DNA of 64,000 nucleotides, from positions 10,850,001 through 10,914,000 of the forward strand of contig NC_083233.1 of NCBI RefSeq assembly GCF_032191835.1, written 5' to 3'. The stretch comes from Heteronotia binoei (taxonomy: Eukaryota). This document shows positions 1-12,110 of the stretch, one piece after another. The position numbers and the translations under genes were made by a program. The notes below the pieces were generated by a model. That model saw only the letters and a list, made by a program, of their open reading frames with translations. It did no database searches and was not told the origin of the DNA. Positions within the stretch are counted from its first letter, which is position 1, and each line of letters begins with the position of its first letter.

Positions 1-464
1 AGAGTTTCATGCAGCCTGATGAAACAGGAGGTAGTGAAATCTGGCCAGCAAGTTCTGCTCCATACCAGAAATGCAGGGGTTGGATCCTGACTAAATTGGC
101 AGTTTTGACTGATAGCCCCTTCCTGTTGAAGGCCCGTCCCTCCCACTGCCCCCCTCCCCCACTGCCTTGTGCCGTTCTTCAGGGTCTCCTATCTCCAGGA
201 ACAGTGTTTCATGGAGATCTGTGAGTTGCTGTGGGAGATGGGAGGCAAGACAGTTCCATTTTGCTGAGGGAAAATTTCATCTGGATCTGACCCACATTCT
301 GTGATGTCTCAGGAGAGTTACTCAATGGCTACTGGAAACCAATGGGAGGGGGATGCACAGTGTTTTCCCCCTTTGCTAAAATGGACAGAGTGCTGCTATA
401 ATATGCAACTCCATTTGGTCACACATGAAAGAGCCACACACTATCAAGGACTATTAGCCATGAT

Positions 465-1220
465 CAGGGGTGGCCCGGTGCCCTAGGCAGTCTCACTGCC
501 TGGCGCCCCCCAAGAGCCCCTGCACCTCCTCCCCCTGCCGTGGCTCCCCGCCTCCCCTTTCTCCCCGCAATGCCTCCTCCCTCCCTTGGGACTCTTTCCC
601 ACCCTGGTGTATCAATTTCAACGCCAGAACCAGCTCTAGCGCTGCGTTCCAGCTCTCTAAAGCCCCCCACCCCCAGCCGAACACTCCAGTCGCGGTTAAA
701 ACCACACTGCAGGGCCAGGCTGCACTCACCGTCCGTCCCTCAGGAACAGCGTCCTGAAAGGGCAACCCCCGCTGAACTCCTCCCCTCTCATCCAGGAAGT
801 GGGGAGGGGAGGATTAAGCTGTAGTGGGGTCACCCTTTCAGGATGATGTTCCTGAGGGATGGACGGTGAGCGCAGCCTGGCCTTGCGGCGCGGTTTTAAC
901 CACGACTGGAGAGTTCGGCCGGGCCGGGGGGGGGTGGCTTTAGAGAGCTGGAACACGGCGCTAGAGCCGGTTCCGGCGTAGAAATTGACACACTAGGGTG
1001 GGAAAGGGTCCAGAGGGAGGGGGAGGAGGAGGAGGTGCGGTGGGGAGGCATTGGGTGGGGAGGGAATGGAGGGGCAGGCGACAGTAGCAGCGGGGGGTGA
1101 ATGGCAAACTAGGTGCTTGCCTGGGGCACCGGGAGGGGGTGGGGAGTCCAATTTTGTGCCCCCACCCTCCCGGCGCCCTAGGCAGCCACCTAAGTTTGCC
1201 TAGCGGGAAGGCCGGCCCTG
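465..1220. mobile_element. Palindromic non-autonomous hAT element (fold-back MITE)
   Basis: Termini CAGGG...CCCTG; 8-bp TSD gccatgat/gccatgac; internal arms about 580-790 and 800-1020 are inverted copies. Confidence 0.8.
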
Positions 1221-1695
1221 GCCATGACGACAAAATGGCACCCTCGTGTCAACAGAAGAGGCTTTGACCACTATGTTCCGCCTGAAGACTTTCCAGTGGG
1301 GTCTAATCAGGGTCACTATGGGAAAGAAGACATTTGACTAGAGGGGACTTTTTGGTGTGATCCAGCTGAGCACTTGTGATATTCTGTCTCTTTCCATCCA
1401 GTTTTGACTCAGGAGTGGCAAAGTCCTCTCTCCAAATTCCAAGGCAGTTAAAGCAGACAAGGCCACAAAGCACAATATGAAGCAATACATTTTTTTTTTG
1501 AAAGATTTAGTGGAGAGAGTCAGGATTCCCTGACCCATGGCTTTTGTCAAAGGCCCAAGTGAGGGTTTTAGCTGTCCAAGTGCAAACGCATGCAACGGTC
1601 CAGGCAGAACATCAGAAGGCCACAGCTGGGGCCTCTGAAAGGGATGACAGTTCTCCCTCAATGAGTTAGTCAAGGGGTTTCAGAATACCACTTAC

Positions 1696-1736
1696 CTGCA
1701 AACCCAAATTGAAATAATACTGCACAATCTTTGGAT
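1696..1736 (-). CDS. ALG13: ALG13 exon E18 (last in window): (D)PKIVQYYFNLGLQ
   Basis: tttcag|AT...CAG|gtaagt; 41 nt, phase 1 to 0; QYYFNLGLQ fits ALG13 rather than OTUD4. Confidence 0.94.
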
Positions 1737-3429
1737 CTGAAAAGAAAAAGGTAGCAGTGATTATTCTTCTCCTACTATGTTGGCCAATCAAGAACAACAT
1801 TAATGCTTAAATTCTGGATGCACAGGAAAGCCTTGCCCAATGGATTCAGAAATAAGACTTTCCCACACAAATTGGGTTTTCCAATTGCATAGAAATACAT
1901 AAACTCTATTTGCTCAACAACGACGAAGCAAAATGAGTTTGAGTAAGGTTAACCGTACCCAAAGACTGGACATCATGAAGGATGAAAACCCTGTTGGTCA
2001 GTTGTCCCAGTCAGACATCTAAATTTTTATCTAGTTATCTCACACACACGCTTTATTTTTAATACAACAGGACTTTGCAGATCAGACACAAACACAAAAT
2101 AAGATTGGGTGAGAGGCGTCATATATCAGAAACTTTACCGAACAAACACAGTCAAGATTGAGTTATGCAAAATGTTCCATACTCAGCAACAATATTTTCA
2201 CTAACTAGTTCCAGCTTCACTTCATTTTTATGGGCCAACTCAGCACCTGATGAGGGACTTGGAACACATGAAGCCAGGCACATGGGCAACTGCAAGGGGA
2301 AAGGCATTCCCCCTGACGCCTGCTTTTGTGTGCAGACTGGTCTGCCTCTGGAGACAGTGAGTATAAACCTACAGCCCCCTTCCCCCACCTCAGGACGTAG
2401 CTGAGACAGCAGGGCTGGCTTCCCTGCAAATTAAGCTTCCGGCTGCCAGAAAATGACTCTCGCTTGCCTTCAAAGCAGTGGGTTAAATCCCTGTATTCCA
2501 AGCAGTTTTGCTGTTCATGTAAGTTGGTCTCTTAGGAAGCCGTCCAGGGCAGAGTTTGCCTTAAGCGATGGTTCTTAGATGTTTCCCCCAAAGAGCCAAA
2601 CTTAGAAGCTCCACGGAAGCAGGGTCACAATTCTGCTGATGTAAGGAACCCAAGCAGCCAACAGTTTGCTCTTCATCAAAACTCTGGATGGAATGCAAGT
2701 CCTAACTTGTTGGTAGGAGTGTATTTTAGTCTACCCAGATCTTAATGGCATTTTTTAAAAATATTTCAGCATCCCAAATGTATCTGGGTTTTCCTGGGGA
2801 AATAAAAATAAAAAATCCCAGAAAAAAAATCCTGGATACGTTCAAGAATTACCAGTAGATCCAAAAACAGAGGAGTGGCAAAAGCAGATTCCTCCCACCT
2901 CTCAGCTGTCCATCAGGTTTCTGTTGCAGTCCTGTTAAAGTTTAAAGGGACTGCAGAAGACAGCCTGAGGATCAGGACAGACCCAAACACCAAAATACCA
3001 TTTTTTAAAATTGCATACCCTACCTTTACTTGCAGGGATGTGAGCAACATAAACAAACTGGAGACTGAAACAACCTAAGCTTTAACTAAGGATGCTTCCA
3101 AAATTCTCCCCAGTTTCTGGAGTTCTGAGTCATCCCATTTTTTTCTAATTCTGCAAGAATTTTGTGGAATTTGGAATTAAAACAAAACAAAAAAACCCCC
3201 TAGATTTTTCACAGAACATCACATTCATGCAACTTGCTGCAGCTTCCAGCGTGGTATACAAATACACATGACAAAACCGCCAATCCAGAAGCATTTTGAT
3301 GCATCAACCCATAAAATTGCCTTTTTGCTGTTGTTCTATCAGTGCATGGCACACAAGCACTTCAGCAATATGGGGGAGAGGTAAACTGTAGTTGTGGCAA
3401 ACTATGCAGAATCCAATTCCAGAACATAA

Positions 3430-3860
3430 TTATTTATTTATTATTATTATTTATTTTATTTCATTCGATTTATATCCCGCCCTACCCCACCGAAGCGGAC
3501 TCAGGGCGGCTAACACAAAAATTCTAACAATAAAATTAAGAATTAAAATACATTAATAATTTACACAATAAAATAAACACAATTCATCAGCGTGCTGTCC
3601 CACAGTCTTCCTTAAAATATTCAGATGCCGGTCAGTTGTATGCCAACCGGAAGAGGACTGTCTTACAGGCCTTGCGGAACTGCCCAAGGTTCCGCAGGGC
3701 CCTCACCTCTTCCGGCAGCTGGTTCCACCAGCAAGGGGCTGTGATCGAAAAAGCCCTGCCCTTAGTTGACTTCAGACCTCCTTTGGCCCGGGGATTGTAA
3801 GGAGATTTTGAGAACCCGATCTCAGTACTCTCTGGGGAACATATGGGGAGAGACGGTCCC
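3430..3860 (-). mobile_element. L2-type LINE 3' fragment
   Basis: AT-rich tail plus tatatcccgccct end; same family as 4975-5390. Confidence 0.65.
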
Positions 3861-4466
3861 TAATATAATTCTACTATTCGAGACCCCCAAAAGAGAAATA
3901 GAAACACTTCCAATTTAAGAGCCGGGGCAGAGAAGCCTGCTTGGCCTCACTTGCAGCGCAGGATAATTAATCATGTGTGACGTCTCAAGTCTAAACTGCC
4001 TTTTCAGGGTCCACCTCCCCGCTTAGCTCCGATGGATGCTCCAGGTAAAAAAGATGAGTGTTATCCATTTAGCTGTTCTCTTCCGAAAAACATCAGAAGA
4101 GAAGCCTCTGAGGATGTACACAAGGAATGAAGTCTTAATTGACTGAAAGAAAAACTCCCACATTCCTCACAAGTTTCAGACACAGCATTATTTGAGACCT
4201 GCAAAGCAGTTTGTTCACTGAAGGAAACAATCCCATTTTGATGGGAATTGTAGCCAACTGCCTTTTAAGTTATACATATGCAGCACTTTCCCTGCCCAGA
4301 TGGTTTGATTCAAGGGAGAAGCTTAGCCAGAAATGTTAATGGCTAATATGTCATAAATACTGCAAGAAAAGCTTGCAACAGAATAAAATGGAGCCACCTA
4401 TTTAAAAAAGCAATGGACACATTCTCGGAAAGTTCTGATTTCAGGATACAAGTTATTTGACCTGGC

Positions 4467-4560
4467 TGTTGATCAGAGCCAACTCTCAGCTGAGGGTATG
4501 CAGAATGAGACAAACAGGAAAAATCTCCACATACATAGATCACAGGTCATCACTGCAACA
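4467..4560 (-). ncRNA. Candidate intronic C/D-box snoRNA
   Basis: Minus strand reads TGTTG-CA-GTGATGA...CTGA-T-CAACA: box C, box D and a 5-bp terminal stem in 94 nt, sense to ALG13; no target identified. Confidence 0.25.
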
Positions 4561-4974
4561 AGCGCTGAAGTTTTCTACTCCACCTTAGAGTTCTGCAGTC
4601 CAACTTCTAGCTACAAAGGGAACTGGCATATTTGATTCCCGATACATATCTTCGCGGAAGACAAAAATTCGGGTCACCATCAGACAGTTTGGTCGTACAT
4701 GGCCAAGAAAACCAATATGCTCTTGGCTCCAGCAATATTGATCACAACTACCAAAGAAGCCATAGATTGTCACTCAACAACTGATGCAACCAATTGCCCA
4801 AACTTCTGTATATGGTTCCCTCTGGAACTGAACTTTCAACAATTAAAAAGCCAGCAAAAAATGCAATTTTCTATGGGCTAGCAAGATGCCCTGTGGTTAA
4901 TATAGAAGTCAATACAGAGAGCACATCCACATTTCCTTGTCTTCTGGTTATAACAGTGGCTATCCAAATGCATG

Positions 4975-5390
4975 ATTTATTTATTTATTTGTAATTTATA
5001 TCCCGCCCTTCCCACCAGGTGGCTCAGGGCGGCTTACAACATATAAAAACTAACATATAAAAACTAGCATAGAATATAAAATTAAACATAAAAGGTTAAT
5101 ATTTCATAATTTACGTAGTTAAAATCTAGACATTTGTTACAGTTATATACATAAACATTAAACCATACAGCAATCTTACAGCTACACTCAGTTCAAATTC
5201 AGTGCCGGTTAGTTGTGGGCCAGCCGGAAGAGGACTGTCTTACAGGCCCTGCGGAATTGAGCAAGGTCCCGCAGGGCCCTTACCTCTTCCGGCAGCTGGT
5301 TCCACCAGGAAGGGGCCATTACGGAGAAGGCCCTGTCCCTTGTAGTTTTCAAACGGGCTTCCTTTGGCCCGGGGACAACAAGGAGATTTA
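4975..5390 (-). mobile_element. L2-type LINE 3' fragment
   Basis: Highly similar to 3430-3860 (ccggaagaggactgtcttacaggcc...ttccggcagctggttccacc). Confidence 0.65.
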
Positions 5391-6319
5391 GTACAAGTCA
5401 GAACAAAAAATCATTTTGATTAGTCTCCCCTATCTTGATAAGAGAGGCAGTAATTCCATTTTTATTGCTGAAATCAGCATAGGAGTGAAATCACAGGATT
5501 AGTTTTAGTCATAAAATATTACAAGTTAAACGGGAACAGTTCTTTCCTTGGGAGAAAAATCCGCATTGGTAGGAACAAGAGAATGGTTAATGAAAGTACA
5601 AGACAACATAAATTGGCAAATTAAAGATCCAAGATGAAATTGATGTGCAATGTTGGGTGATTGAACACTGCAATAAAAATGGAGAGAATCAACTCCATTT
5701 CTTTCTTTCTGGAATATTAAAAGCATGATCGAGAAGCTCAGTAATGTAAATGAGAAAAACTGACACTGGTAAAATTAAAGTATTCAGTGATTAATGGTAG
5801 ATTTCTAATATGGGAAAAAATCACCGGGGTGAAACCAAAAGGCTGGTCACTCCCACTGTTTCAATATTTTAAAGCAAATAACTTTGTTTTATAAGAACTA
5901 AAGAATGGAAGTTTGCCTTCTGAAGAATTGATAGAGATGTGTACAGAAAATAAACCATGGAAAATTCTGAACATATAAATTTATCCTCAACCTAGATGAA
6001 AAAAGAGGAGCACTTGTGCACCAGTGATTTGGGAATTATTATTCTGAACACTGCTCAGTGCAAAATATGTAACTGATGCCTAGTCTTTAAAGGAAGCTCA
6101 GTACCAACAGTTGTTGGTATTTGACTCTGGCAAGGTTCAGTGAGATTTCTGAACACTGATAGATCTGAATGCTGGAAATGTCAAGTCAATCATCTCTCGG
6201 TAGAAAAGGAACCCAGCATTCCAACTCACCGGATCCAGACAAAGTTATTTCCAAGTGTTGCCTATCAAAGCTGAAAGTTGATTTGATTTTAATTATGAAT
6301 TATTTGGAAGACTAAAGAC

Positions 6320-6629
6320 TAGAGATGGGCACGAACCAATAACAAACTGAAGTTCATCATGAACTTTGGCCAGTTTGTGAAGCAATGTTTAAAAACTGGA
6401 GAACTTCCATGAATTGTGGTGCATAGTAGTTTGTGAAAAGCAGAAAGCTGTTTGGTTCAAATGACTCAGAGCAGAAAGCAAGGTTTAAATTTTAAATGGC
6501 TCACGAACTGATATAAACTGGGTCAGTGTGCAAACCAACCTCCTGGCTTGTACGGGTTAGTGGTTTGGTTCATGGTGTAGCCATGAACCACAAACCGAAC
6601 TGCAAAAATGTAGTTTGTGCCCATCCCTA
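6320..6629. mobile_element. hAT-type MITE
   Basis: TIRs tagagatgggcacgaac / gtttgtgcccatcccta; degenerate 8-bp TSD ctaaagac/ttaaaaac. Confidence 0.6.
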
Positions 6630-6822
6630 TTAAAAACTAAAGTACTGTTGAATGCTTTATTGACTGCAAAGGTGGCTCTTGTTTGGCACTGGAAAGCTGC
6701 ACCCTGTTAATCTGGTACATTTTTGGCCCTGAACTGGCCCGGTTTATGTAGCCCTTTATTATTTGCTGCATCCATACAAATCCTTTTGATGGCGTCATAC
6801 CCATGCATATGTTTGTTATATG

Positions 6823-7373
6823 CAGGGGCTTTTTTGGTAGCAGGAACTCCTTTGCATATTAGGCTACACCCCCCCCCCCCCCCGATGTAGCCAGAGGTGG
6901 TGCGAGCCCTGCAGGACGTGAACCAGTTCCGCAGGGCTTGCAAAACCACCCTCTTTCAGCTCGTTTTCAAGATAGAACCCGGCTAAACTGACTTCTTGCC
7001 ATCTAACCATCTTATATATGACTGTGAATTGTAGCACCTTAATTATTAATTATTAACATATAACAGCTGTTTTATCTAATTTTATCCTAACTTATAATGG
7101 TAATTTAATTGTATTTTAATTTATCTTATTGTATTGTATTGATTGTATTTTATTGAAATCATGGTTGTTCCATGTCTGTGAGCTGCCCTGAGCCTGCCTT
7201 TGGCGGGGGAGGGCGGGATACAAAAATAAATTTACCTTACCCTACCTTAGCCAATCCTCAAAGAGCTTATAGGGTTCTTCGCACAGGGCCTACTGTAAGC
7301 TCTTGGAAGATTGGCTACATCAGGGGTGTGTGGCCTAACACGCCAAGCAGTTTCTGCTACAAAAGAAGCCCTG
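6823..7373. mobile_element. Palindromic hAT MITE interrupted by an L2 3' fragment (6894-7247, + strand)
   Basis: CAGGG...CCCTG ends, TSD gttatatg/gtcatatg; insert flanked by tagcca duplication and ending in a (ttacc)n-like tail. Confidence 0.72.
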
Positions 7374-7937
7374 GTCATATGTATTCATATATAACGTGTT
7401 TGCAGTCCTGCTTTGGTAGTGTGTTGTGCAGCAGTGCCTTTCAATTAACCACTTAATTCATACCAGTAATGTTTCGGTGCCCGTGTTTTCCTGCAGTGGG
7501 GGCTGACAAGAACCTGTGGGAACAGAGGCCTCCTGCTGAAGGGGACTGAACTGACCCTTCCTTCCTAGCAGAGGAATGACAGACTGAGGTTCAGGACACT
7601 GCATGAAAACTGAAACTGTACAGAAGTTGATGTCTGGTGTGAGGAAAGAAGGAGACTCTGATTATTTCTTACAGGAATATTCACTGGAACTCCCCTACAA
7701 GAAACAAGGGCCACTAATTCAGGCTTTGTCCAATTCCTGAATCATTCATTTGCAATGATCAAGACCAGCCTCTCAACTCTGTTCTCAGCAGGGGATGAAG
7801 TTATCCATCCTGCCACGGTTGGAGGCCGGCTGCTTTTTCACCCCACACTTGAAGAATTCATTTTATTCGTTCTTCAGTGTTTACATCAGTTTGAACCCTT
7901 CCCCCTCCTGGCCACCCCTAGAAATGCACAAAACACC

Positions 7938-8203
7938 GACCGATTTCCCACTCACCTTAACGCCGCGCTCACGCTCCTCTTCTCAGCGGGGCCTTCTGTC
8001 TGATTTCACACTATCTGCCCCGGGGCTGCAACTAGCTTTGCCCTTTTTGCACAGCAAGCAGAAACCTCTAAAAACCAGCTTCTGTTTGCCGCACGAAAAA
8101 GGCAAAGTTAGTTGCTGCCCCGGGGCAGATAGTGTGAAATCAGACGGAAGGCCCGCTAAGAAGAAGAGCCTGAGAGCGGCGTAAGGCAAGTGGGGAATCG
8201 GTC
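7938..8203. repeat. 266-bp palindrome, probably a MITE
   Basis: Arms gaccgatt...tttcacactatctgccccggggc and gccccggggcagatagtgtgaaa...aatcggtc are reverse complements. Confidence 0.8.
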
Positions 8204-8316
8204 ACCATTCACAAGTAACAAGAGAAGAGGAAGCCCCAATATGAGGCATGGAAAGAACCCCCCCCCCCATTTTCTACTTCAAACTGCAGTGGAATCCAAG
8301 GGAAATGGCTACTCAC

Positions 8317-8442
8317 CTCTAGGAAGGTCACCCCCACTAGGATCGCAGGAATAAGGAGGAGTAACACCTCCGCTGTCCCCCACATCGCTGCCAGGAGGAA
8401 GGGGAGCCGACTGATACGGGTACGGTACTGAAGGGATCACAA
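8317..8442 (-). CDS. ALG13: ALG13 exon E17: (V)VIPSVPYPYQSAPLPPGSDVGDSGGVTPPYSCDPSGGDLPR(D)
   Basis: caatag|TT...AGA G|gtgagt; 126 nt, phase 1 to 1; PPYSCDPSGxDLP motif. Confidence 0.93.
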
Positions 8443-8537
8443 CTATTGGAAAAAGCCAGGGAAGGATTGAGTCAGGTTTACAGTGCATTGAAGTCTACGC
8501 CTGTCCACACAAAGCACGTTGCCCACGGTGCCAAATT

Positions 8538-8711
8538 TAGGGTTGCCAGGTCCGGGTGGGGAGGGTGGGGCTTGGGGGCAGGAATGCCCTCAGCCAGTGG
8601 ACTTAACCCTCCAAAGCAGCCACTTTCTCCAGGGGAGCTAACCGCCACAGTCTGGAGGTCAACTGTAATTCTAGGAGACCTCCAGGGCCCACCTGGAGAC
8701 TGGCAAAACTA
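8538..8711. mobile_element. TAGGGTTGCCA-type MITE
   Basis: Ends tagggttgcca / tggcaaaacta; same termini as 47243-48009. Confidence 0.5.
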
Positions 8712-9639
8712 TCTGTCATGCTGCTTGAGAAGGTATTTCCAGCCTTTCCCCCCAGCTTTACTCACGCCCACTCTTCAAGCAGAGAAGCAGCACTTACCAT
8801 ACCTCTGGCTCTGACAAGGGCAGCGATGAACAGAGGGGGAGGAGCAAACCCATTTCCTCCCTCACCCTGTATTCAGGCTGTTACAATGGACAGAATTAGA
8901 GCAGTTCTACAAACCTTGCCCTCTCCCCACCCCCATTAGAAAACCTACACAGCTTTTTGCCCCCAAAAGAAGGGAAAAAACCCATTTCTGACCCTTCAGT
9001 CAGACACTGCATTCAAAATGGCGGCCGATCAGTTTGCCTAGTCTCCAGTAACTCACAAGCCCTTTTGGTGGAGAAGATTGCAGGAGTCAACAGCTTCCCC
9101 TGAAATAAAGCAAGCTGACCCTTTTCACCTTGAAATGAAACGGGCGCCCAAGCAGTACAAATGAAGGGACTGGGTCCACAACACGGTTGGGCAAGCAACT
9201 GAGAGAGTAGCAGCCAGCCAAGCCATAGGGGGGGTTCCATGGCCAAAGAAGCACCGGCTGGATTGCCCGCTTCAGAGGTGCTGAGGCCAGGGTGGGAGAG
9301 AGACATGCTCAAGCACTGCTCCACTCCCTCCTTCCTTCCATAAAATACTACTCTCCCCCACCCACTGGAACTGACTTCACATGATGGGGGTGTGAGAAAT
9401 GAGACTGCTGTCTGGGGCGGCTGAGCTACCGGACTGCAAGCAGGATTTTTTTCCATGCCTCTTCCCCATAACAAGGAACGATGGCTATTTGCTCAAACAG
9501 GTGGAAGCAAAGGTGAGCACCTGAGGCAAGAGCCGACCTCAGACATTAAGATCCGAACCTGCCACTGTCCGAGTTCTCTGCCAAGTTCACACTGGGGTGG
9601 GATTCAGGAAAGGAACTGGCTCTTGCCTACAATATGCCT

Positions 9640-9745
9640 AGAGCAGTTGAACAAGGCAGGAGTCAAGTGGCACCTTTAAGACCAACCAATTTTTATTTAG
9701 AACGTCAGCTTTCATGTGCTCTTAAGCACACTTCATCAGACAAGG
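9640..9745 (-). mobile_element. Penelope-type terminal repeat carrying a minimal hammerhead ribozyme motif (9703-9742)
   Basis: Minus strand: UGU-CUGAUGA-A-GUGUGC-UUAAGA-GCACAU-GAA-AGCU-G-ACG; same repeat family as 52554-52675. Confidence 0.65.
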
Positions 9746-10364
9746 GATCCAGCACAGTGAGCAAAGCCATATATAGCTGGTAGGCAGTGGCCCAGAATGC
9801 AGCATGGTACAAATTTAAGAACCGATGACACTGAAGTAAAATTATCTGGTAGGCAGTGATTTAGAATGTAAAATGCTACAATGACAATAATAAAATTAAC
9901 AAATTGAGCAAACCTTTGATCTGAGTCGCATGAGCAGGTTAACACTGGGGGGAGGCAGGGCACTGCTCTATCCATCCCAACAGCCTGAGGTTTTGGTGTC
10001 TGTAGCATCTAGTTCCTTTCCCTAATTCTGGCTGGTGCACCAGCTATGGCTGTTCCACAACTGGCAAGAGATGACTGCCTGGACAAGTTCCAACTGCACC
10101 CAGGCTGAGCGGCGGCTGGTGCTTCGTAGGGCCATTCTTGAAGAGTGCCTTAATGCTTCAGTTGGTGCAAAGGATGGTAGCCAGGTATTTCTCACTAGTT
10201 TAGCATGGGCTGTCTGTCTGCTCTCAGATCCAATTACCACTGAACAGCCTGAGGCCAGAATGTTTAAAAGGCTGCTTGCTTCCATACAAATAAGCCTGGC
10301 AGCTAAGTTCTTCTGTAGAGGCCTGGCCTTTCTCTGTGTATCTCCACACTTACACCAAGGGGCA

Positions 10365-10738
10365 AGGTGAGGGGTGGAGTAAGAGACCAGGCCTGTTCCA
10401 CAATACCCATCAACCATGCAACACTGGTAGAACAGATCAAAGGAAGTACTTCTCCACACAAAGAGTAATTAGTACCTAGGATACACTGCTGCAGGTGGCG
10501 ACTACAAGCTTCAAGAGGGGATTGGATAAACATATGGAACAGAGGTTCATCAGTGGTTATTAGCCACAAGGAAACACCTCTGCCTGGGGCAGTGATGCTC
10601 TGTATCCTTGGTGCTTGGGGGGCGTCAGTGAGAGGGCTTTTGGAGTTCTGGTGGCACCTGAGGTTTGGCCACTGTGTGACACAGAGTGTTGGACTGGGTG
10701 GGCCATTGGCCTGATCCAACATGGCTTCTCTTATGTTC
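10365..10738 (+). mobile_element. CR1 LINE 3' end
   Basis: Degenerate ORF2 end and 3' UTR ending ggccattggcctgatccaacatggcttctcttatgttct. Confidence 0.75.
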
Positions 10739-11589
10739 TAACTCACTCCACAAAACCACTGGTACCTGCATCTTGGGCAGCTGTAGACAACAACCCCAGA
10801 ACACTGGATAATGGATTTTTTAAAACATATTTTTAATTTCCACCTTGCAGGGGAGTATTCTATGTTTTTTGATGATTTTTCTGTATTGATAATGTTCTTT
10901 ACTGAGAGCTTAAAATAACAGCATTTTCATCACAGACAGTTTAATTGCAAACTGCCTCAGAATCTTCTTGGAATGAAGCATACAGAGATTCAAAAAAATT
11001 AAAACCCACTTTTATCTGAAAGCACCAGAGAACTATTTTAAATATCCATCCACTGGCACCACAGCTTTGGTTAACTAAATTTTGTGGGAAGGCACTCTCG
11101 AGAGAGGAATGGGGAAAACCATTCAGGTTTGCTATGAGAACTTCCTCCATGTATTGAAGAATTTGCTTTCCGTGGATTTTAATTCTGCCCCCAAGGAAGA
11201 GCGCCAACTCGGAAGACACAGGGTACCTAATTTTCTCATTAACCAGATTATTATACCTGTGGCTGCCTCACCCCCTTACGATTCCCGCAGTTCCGCAGTC
11301 ACCTGTCTCCACGCTTCAAGACTATCAGAATTCAGGTGCAGAGAGAAACTGGTTTTGTTTTCAGGAGCACTTTAAAAGTTCATACCACATAATTGTGTTT
11401 GCCAATGACTTCTGCTTACTTTATTATAGCTTTTTCATTTTTTTTAAAAGCTGTGATTATTATGATTATTGAGGCAGAATTATAAGCGAGCCGAGGCCAT
11501 TTCTGTCTTTCTGTATTCCAGTATATTAGTCTGAATTTGCTGGTAGGTTCTTTGCCCATAAGCTTTTGCACTTTTGCTGGCAGCCGAGG

Positions 11590-12110
11590 TGTAAAAACTA
11601 AAGCTTTGCCCTGTAGATGGACCTTTGGCCTGCATTCATATCTGACATTCCACAGCCTTCCAAGTGCCAGGCTCCAAAGCCAAAACATGCCTGCCTAGGT
11701 CTTTTTGACATCTCAGTTACTTAAAAAAGACAATGGGCAAAAGTTCATGCTAGCCAAGGTTCATCTTACCAACTTAGGATGGGTTGGTACATTTTTACTT
11801 GATTCCTATTGGCTGAAAAGAGTATAAAAAGGAGACGTTGGGTTTTGTTCAAGGCTGTTTGGCCAATAGCCCACCTAGACTGAGTGAGGTCTTGGTCCAC
11901 AGTCCAGGAATATTCCTTGTTCTTTCTGACATGCACATTATATCAGATATTGGGATTTGTTATGGGGTATTGATATTGAGTATATGCTACTGAGCATTAC
12001 TTGTGTGTGCTATTAGAATTAATAAATACTTCTAGTTAAGCAACTGTTCTGTGTTTCTCTCCCTCTGGAAGTCTGAGTTCCCTAGCCAGACTCTATCTGC
12101 CCACAGAAAA
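11590..12110 (+). mobile_element. Possible solo LTR; boundaries uncertain
   Basis: Ordered attggctg, tataaaaa and aataaa motifs in about 500 bp; no TSD identified. Confidence 0.35.
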
